Of a DNA stretch of 64,000 nucleotides, positions 58,328 to 64,000 are shown one piece after another; position 1 is the first letter of the stretch, and each line of letters opens with the position of its first letter. The stretch is taken from assembly GCA_963555825.3 (NCBI GenBank), contig CAUVXB020000002.1, positions 2,112,001-2,176,000 on the forward strand, written 5' to 3'. The notes below the pieces were generated by a model. That model did no database searches. It saw only the letters and a list, made by a program, of their open reading frames with translations, and had not been told where the DNA came from. This DNA comes from Alphaproteobacteria bacterium. GTDB taxonomy: Bacteria; Pseudomonadota; Alphaproteobacteria; JAAXGF01. Position numbers and translations under genes: made by a program.

Positions 58328-60156
58328 ATGAACCGCCGCGATCGTCGCCGCAAGGCCGCCGCGGGATCGGGCGACGCGCCGCGTCAGGCTCTCGAGCAGG
58401 CCGTCCAGGCGCACCAAGCCGGCCGGCTGGCCGAGGCCGAAGCCGCCTATCGACGCATTCTCGAGGTACGGCCCGACGAGCCGGACGCACTCCATCTCCT
58501 GGGGTTGCTGGCCCACCAGGGCGGCCAACCGGCGGCCGCAATCGAGCTGATTGGCCGCGCCATCGAGATCGACGCCAAGATGCCGAGATTTCATAACAAT
58601 CTGGGCCTCGCCCATGCCGCGAACGCCGTTTCGACGCCGCCGAGGCGAGCTATCGCCGCGCCTTGGCGCTCGATCCCGACTATGTCGAGGCCTGGCACAA
58701 CCTGGCGACCGCGTTGGCCGGAAGCGGCCCGCCCGAGGACGCCGTGGACTGCTTCGAGAGCGCGCTCGGGCGCAACCCGAATTATGCGCCGGCGCACAAC
58801 AACCTGGCCAACCTGCGCCGCGAGACCGGTGACCATCGGGCGGCCGCCGAGGGCTACCGGCGCGCCCTGGCGCTCGCCCCCGACTACGCCGACGCGCATT
58901 ACAATCTGAGCGTCGCGCTGACCGCGCTCGGCGAGCTCGAGGCCGCGGAAGCGAGCTGCCGCGCCGCGCTGGCGCTGCAGCCCGACCGTGCCGAGGCGCA
59001 CAACAATCTGGCTACGATCCTCAAGTTCCGGGGCCGTCTCGAGGCCGCGAAGGCGGCGTACCAGCGCGCGCTCGACCTCAAGCCCGATTTGGTCGCGGCG
59101 CGCGATAGCCTGGCGGAATTCGAAGGCGCCAACGCCCACTCGATCGACGCGCTGACCGCTTTGGAGGCCGACGACAGCCTCCCTGCCGGCGACGCAATCC
59201 GGGTCCGTTTCGCACTCGCCCGCCATCATGCCGATGCCGGCGATCACGCGCGCGCCTTCCAATATTACCGAAACGGTAACGAGATGCGCGCCCGGGAAGT
59301 GGGCCGGTACGGCCGGGTCTTCGACCGTGCCGCCGTCGAGCGTCTGGCCGACCGGTCGATGGCGCTCTTCACGCCGGAGTTTTTCGCCGCGCGGGGGGCC
59401 GAGGGCGCGCCATCCGAGCGGCCGGTCTTCATCGTTGGCATGCCGCGCTCGGGCACGACGCTGGTCGAACAGATCCTGGCGAGCCACCGCGCGGTGTTCG
59501 GCGCCGGCGAGCTCGACGCCATCGAGGCGACCGCGCACCGGCTGTCCGCCGAGACGGATGTCGACGCCACCTACCCCGACGACGTGGCGGGACTCGACGC
59601 GGCGGCCTGTCGACGGCTCGGCGACGCCTATCTCGAGCGCCTCGCTACGCTCGACGCCAATGCCGCCCGCGTGACCGACAAGATGCCCGCCAACTTCCGC
59701 CACCTCGGCCTGATCGCACTCCTGCTGCCGGGTGCGCGCATCGTCCATTGCCGGCGAAATCCGCTCGACGTTTGCCTCTCGTGTTACGTCCAGAACTTCA
59801 CCCAGGGCAACGAGTTCAGCAACGACCTCGGCGATATCGCCGTCACCTATCGCGCCTACCGGCGGCTCATCGACCATTGGCGTCGAGTGCTGCCCGTGCC
59901 GATGCTCGACGTCGGCTACGAGGAACTGGTCGCCGACCAGGCGGCGGTGAGCCGCCGCATCGTCGAATTCGTCGGTCTCGAGTGGGATCCCGCCTGCCTC
60001 GAATTCCACGCCAACCGGCGGGCCGTACAGACCTCGAGCGCGCTGCAGGTTCGCCGGCCAATCTACCGCAGTTCGATCGAACGCTGGCGCGTCTATGAGG
60101 CCGAACTCCAGCCCTTGATCGAAGCGCTTGGCGACGACGCCACGATTGAGAATTGA
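58328..60156 (+). CDS. TPR-sulfotransferase with a frameshift near 58620 (sequencing error or pseudogene)
   Basis: TPRs start in ORF 58301 (MNRRDRR) and continue in ORF 58663; GMPRSGTT, DKMPANF, RNPLD. Confidence 0.82.
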
Positions 60157-60302
60157 TCGACCGCGCGACGCGGCTTGCCGCGCGTTCGCCGTTGCGGTAG
60201 AAACCCGCCTGTTCCCGCGGCCAAACGGTTGTCAGGGCGCCTCCGCGCGACGATATGTGTGGCGGCCTTGCCGTTCCGTGGGCAGTCATTCGGAGGCGTG
60301 CG

Positions 60303-61154
60303 GTGTCTGGTATTCTTTGGTTGGCGTCATACCCGAAGCCGGGCAACACCTGGCTCAGGGTGTTCATCGCCAATTACATGCGCAACCCGCCCTCGGCGCT
60401 CTCGATCAACGAGCTGCCGAACTTCATCATGGGCGACGGCATGGCGTGGCCCTTCGAGAAGGTCGCCGGCCGGCCGATCGCCGATTTGAGCGTCGATGAC
60501 ATCCAGCGCTTGCGCCCCAAAGTCCATCAGATGTTCGCGACATCGAGCGCGGACAATGTCTTCGTCAAGACGCACAACGCCATCGCGTTGCTGGGCGACG
60601 TGCCGACGATCAGTCCCGAAGCGACCGCCGGCGCGATCTATATCATCCGCAACCCGCTCGACGTCGTGGTGTCCTACGCCAATCACTATGGCGTCGACTA
60701 CGACCGCGCGGTCGAGGTCTTCGGCCGCGAGGACACGCTGCTGCCGACCCACGGGCCGCTGGTCGTCCAGTATCTCGGCGGCTGGAGCGACCATGTGCGC
60801 AGCTGGCTCAACGCGCCGGGGCTCAAGCCCCACCTGATCCGTTACGAGGACATGGCGCGCAAGCCAGACAAGGCGTTTCGTGGCGTGATAAAGTTCCTCA
60901 GTCTGCCGCTCGAGGCGCCGCGCCTGAAGAACGCCATCCGATTCAGCTCGTTCGACACGCTCGCCCGGCAGGAGAAGGACGCGGGATTCGTCGAGGCCGT
61001 TCCGATCGACGATCGGGTGTTCTTCCGCAAGGGCAAGGTCGGCGACTGGCGCAACCATCTGTCGGCGGCCCAAGTCGACCGGCTGATCGAGGATCATCAC
61101 GAGGTCATGGCCGAACACGGTTACCTCACCAAGGACGGCCGCCCGGCATTCTGA
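60303..61154 (+). CDS. Stand-alone sulfotransferase (paralogue of 41406-42254)
   Basis: GTG start; WLASYPKPGNTW, FVKTH, RNPLDV..S, FFRKG..GDW. Confidence 0.88.
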   Translation: MSGILWLASYPKPGNTWLRVFIANYMRNPPSALSINELPNFIMGDGMAWPFEKVAGRPIADLSVDDIQRLRPKVHQMFATSSADNVFVKTHNAIALLGDVPTISPEATAGAIYIIRNPLDVVVSYANHYGVDYDRAVEVFGREDTLLPTHGPLVVQYLGGWSDHVRSWLNAPGLKPHLIRYEDMARKPDKAFRGVIKFLSLPLEAPRLKNAIRFSSFDTLARQEKDAGFVEAVPIDDRVFFRKGKVGDWRNHLSAAQVDRLIEDHHEVMAEHGYLTKDGRPAF

Positions 61155-61203
61155 GGACGACGGTCCGCCGGCCGCTATCGATTAACCCCGGACGAACAAA
61201 CAC

Positions 61204-61998
61204 ATGAACCATCTCGACCACCTCGAAAGTCACAGCGTCTACATCTTCCGCGAGGCCTTCGAAAAAATCGCGCCGCTCGGCATGCTGTGGTCGGTCGGCA
61301 AGGATTCGAACGTCATGCTGTGGCTCGCGCGCAAGGCCTTCTTCGGCCATGTGCCGTTCCCTGTGGTGCACATCGATACCGGCAAGAAGTTTCCCGAAAT
61401 GTATGAATTCCGTGATCGCTACAGCGCGGAATGGGGGCTCAACCTGGTGCTCGGCGACTGCCCGCCGATCGAGGAGATCGACGAGACCCTGCCGCCGGCG
61501 GCGCGCTCGGCGGCGCGCAAGACCGAGGGCCTCAAGAAGCTGATCGCCGAGCACCGCTTCACCGGCATCATCGCCGGCATCCGCCGCGACGAGGAAGGCA
61601 CGCGCGCCAAGGAGCGCGTCTTCAGCCCACGCGGCGAGGCCGGGCGCTGGAACTACCGCGACCAGCCACCCGAGTTCTGGGACCAGTTCAACACCGACTT
61701 CCCGCCCGGCACGCATCTGCGCATCCATCCGCTGCTGCAATGGACCGAGATCGATATCTGGCGTTACATCCAGCGCGAGAACATCCCGATGGTCGACCTC
61801 TATTTCGCGCGCGACGGCATGCGCTACCGCTCGCTCGGCGACCGCGACATCACCTCGCCGGTCGAGAGCACGGCGTCGACGATCGCCGAAATCATCGCCG
61901 AGCTTGAGCAGACCAAGGTCGCCGAACGCAGCGGCCGGGCCATGGACCACGAGTCGGAAGACGCGTTCGAACGGCTGCGGGTCGCGGGGTACATGTAA
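61204..61998 (+). CDS. cysD: Sulfate adenylyltransferase subunit 2
   Basis: [36 protein letters not shown]. Confidence 0.95.
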   Translation: MNHLDHLESHSVYIFREAFEKIAPLGMLWSVGKDSNVMLWLARKAFFGHVPFPVVHIDTGKKFPEMYEFRDRYSAEWGLNLVLGDCPPIEEIDETLPPAARSAARKTEGLKKLIAEHRFTGIIAGIRRDEEGTRAKERVFSPRGEAGRWNYRDQPPEFWDQFNTDFPPGTHLRIHPLLQWTEIDIWRYIQRENIPMVDLYFARDGMRYRSLGDRDITSPVESTASTIAEIIAELEQTKVAERSGRAMDHESEDAFERLRVAGYM

Positions 61999-63941
61999 TG
62001 ACGAGCCGGGAAACCAGCAGCGCGGCGGAACAGACGCTCGGCGACGCGATGCCCGTGGACGCATCGCGCAACGTCATGAACATCGTCATGGTCGGCCATG
62101 TCGATCACGGCAAGTCGACCCTTGTCGGCCGCCTGATCCACGACACCGGCACGATGCCCGAGGGCAAGCTCGAGGCGCTACGCGCCATTTGCAAGCGTCG
62201 CGGCATGCCTTTCGAATGGGGCTTCCTCTTGGACGCCCTGCAGGGCGAGCGCGACCAAGGCGTGACCATCGACGCCGCGCATATCCGGTTCGCCACCGAG
62301 CGCCGCGACTACGCGATCATCGACGCGCCCGGCCATCGCGAGTTCCTCAAGAACATGGTGACCGGCGCGGCCAGCGCCGAGGCTGCCGTCCTGCTGATCG
62401 ACGTGGCCGAAGGCGTGCGCGAGCAGACACGCCGCCACGCCTATCTCCTGCACCTCTTGGGCGTGCGCCAGGTGGCGGTGGCGGTAAGCAAGATGGACCT
62501 CGTCGATTTCGCCGCGCCGCGCTTCGAGGACGTCGCCGGCGAATGCCGCGACTATCTCGCCGCGATCGGCGTCGCGGCGACGGCGATCATCCCGGTCGCC
62601 GCGTGCGACGGCGACAACGTCGTCGATAGATCGTCGCGTATGGACTGGTACCGGGGGCCGACCGTGGTCGGTGCGCTCGACGAATTCATCACGGCGCCGT
62701 CGCCGGTCGAGCGGCCGCTACGCCTGCCGCTGCAAGACATTTACCGCTTCGACGACCGACGCATTCTGGCCGGGCGCATCGACACCGGCCGGCTCGCGGT
62801 CGGCGACGAACTTCTGTTCTCGCCGTCGAACAAGACCGCGCGCGTCGCGACGATCGAGAACTGGAACGGTCCGGCGCCGTCCGAGGCGTCGGCCGGCCAG
62901 TCGATCGGCATCACGTTGGACGAGCAGATCTTCGTCGAGCGCGGCGAGGTGGCGAGCCACGTCGAAGACCCGCCGCTCGAAAGCAACGTCTTCCGCGCCC
63001 ATCTGTTCTGGCTCGGCGCCAAGCCGTTGGCGCCCGGACAACGCTACAAGCTGAAGCTCAACACCACCGAGGCCCAGGTCGAGGTGCAGGAGATCGAGCG
63101 CGTCATCGACACCCGCGACCTCGGCACGTCCGAGGCCGAGAAGGTCGAACGCAACGGCGTCGCCGAAGTCGTGCTGCGCAGCCCCGCCCTGCTGGCGTTC
63201 GACGAATTCGCCACCAACCCGCGCGGCGGCCGTTTCGTGCTGGTCGACGGTTACGAGATCGCCGGCGGCGGCATCATCAACATGGAGGGCTATCCCGACC
63301 AGCGCAGCCTGATCACGGTGATGGGCACCAACCTGACCGAGGTCGAGCACCGTGTGCCGCTCGAGGCGCGCATCACGCGCAACGGCCACCGCGGCGGCGT
63401 GCTGTGGTTCACCGGCCTGTCCGGTTCCGGCAAGTCGACGCTCGCCATCGAGGTCGAGCATCGCCTGTTCCGCAAGGGCTACCAGACCTATGTGCTCGAC
63501 GGCGACAACGTGCGGGCCGGGCTCAACGCCAACCTCGGCTTCTCGCCCGACGACCGCGCCGAGAACATCCGCCGTGTCGGCGAGGTCGCGGCGCTGTTCT
63601 CGGACGCCGGCTTCATCGTCATCAGCGCCTTCATTTCGCCCTACCGCACCGACCGCGACCGCGCCCGCGAGGCGGCCGAGGCCTATGAGGTGGGACGCTT
63701 CCACGAAATCTACATCAAGGCCGACCTCGAGACCTGCGAGGATCGCGACCCCAAGGGCCTCTACAAGCGCGCGCGGGCCGGCGAGATCGCCGACTTCACC
63801 GGCATCTCGGCGCCCTACGAGCCGCCCGAGGCGACCGACCTCGAGGTCGATACCGGCGCCCAAAGCGTCGCCCAGAGCGCCCAGCACATCATCGACTACA
63901 TCGAGCGGCACTTCGCGCTCGAGCCGCGCGGCGAAAAGTGA
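61998..63941 (+). CDS. cysNC: Bifunctional sulfate adenylyltransferase subunit 1 / APS kinase (CysNC/NodQ type)
   Basis: [14 protein letters not shown]; C-terminal [26 protein letters not shown]. Confidence 0.95.
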   Translation: MTSRETSSAAEQTLGDAMPVDASRNVMNIVMVGHVDHGKSTLVGRLIHDTGTMPEGKLEALRAICKRRGMPFEWGFLLDALQGERDQGVTIDAAHIRFATERRDYAIIDAPGHREFLKNMVTGAASAEAAVLLIDVAEGVREQTRRHAYLLHLLGVRQVAVAVSKMDLVDFAAPRFEDVAGECRDYLAAIGVAATAIIPVAACDGDNVVDRSSRMDWYRGPTVVGALDEFITAPSPVERPLRLPLQDIYRFDDRRILAGRIDTGRLAVGDELLFSPSNKTARVATIENWNGPAPSEASAGQSIGITLDEQIFVERGEVASHVEDPPLESNVFRAHLFWLGAKPLAPGQRYKLKLNTTEAQVEVQEIERVIDTRDLGTSEAEKVERNGVAEVVLRSPALLAFDEFATNPRGGRFVLVDGYEIAGGGIINMEGYPDQRSLITVMGTNLTEVEHRVPLEARITRNGHRGGVLWFTGLSGSGKSTLAIEVEHRLFRKGYQTYVLDGDNVRAGLNANLGFSPDDRAENIRRVGEVAALFSDAGFIVISAFISPYRTDRDRAREAAEAYEVGRFHEIYIKADLETCEDRDPKGLYKRARAGEIADFTGISAPYEPPEATDLEVDTGAQSVAQSAQHIIDYIERHFALEPRGEK

Positions 63942-64000
63942 GCCACGCGGCGCCAGCGGCCGGCGACGCGATCGACGTCGCCGCCCGGCTCGCCGATGTC

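Noticed and set aside
50654-58700. Frameshifts in the ISKra4-like transposase (~50780), the oxidoreductase tail (~54165) and the TPR-sulfotransferase (~58620) as programmed recoding
   Set aside because: No slippery sequence at these sites; sequencing indels or decay explain them more simply.
63938-64000. Possible start of cysQ after cysNC
   Set aside because: Only 21 codons are visible and none is diagnostic.

Overview
GC-rich alphaproteobacterial (Rhodospirillales-like) chromosome segment, probably next to oriC given the gene order. Core backbone: hemJ (3' end), rho, two qor-type genes, dienelactone hydrolase, yyaL-like gene, ferredoxin, mnmE, mnmG, rsmG, parA, parB, holA, lptE, leuS, TPR-sulfotransferase, DUF3576 lipoprotein and a porin, with three parS sites. 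About 23.3-52.8 kb is a lower-GC accessory region full of nested IS elements (IS3, IS21 x4, IS5, IS630 x2, IS110/IS1111, IS1595, ISKra4-like, IS256 and IS1380 relics). It also holds TPR/2OG-Fe(II)-oxygenase and sulfotransferase genes and a shattered large serine recombinase next to a truncated comF. The right end has more TPR-oxygenase and sulfotransferase genes followed by cysD-cysNC. Main observations: (1) an IS1111-type element whose 3' non-coding region reads as a bridge RNA, with guides matching both its own donor junction and a 12-bp site inside the IS21 istA gene it occupies; (2) a repeated TPR-2OG-oxygenase + sulfotransferase + PAPS-supply gene set of unknown function; (3) a structured intergenic repeat in three copies with a variable hairpin; (4) an mnmE 3'-end islet that duplicates parS; (5) tandem NrdR-box-like sites inside mnmE. 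All calls were made by eye from the sequence and the ORF track; no database searches were run.
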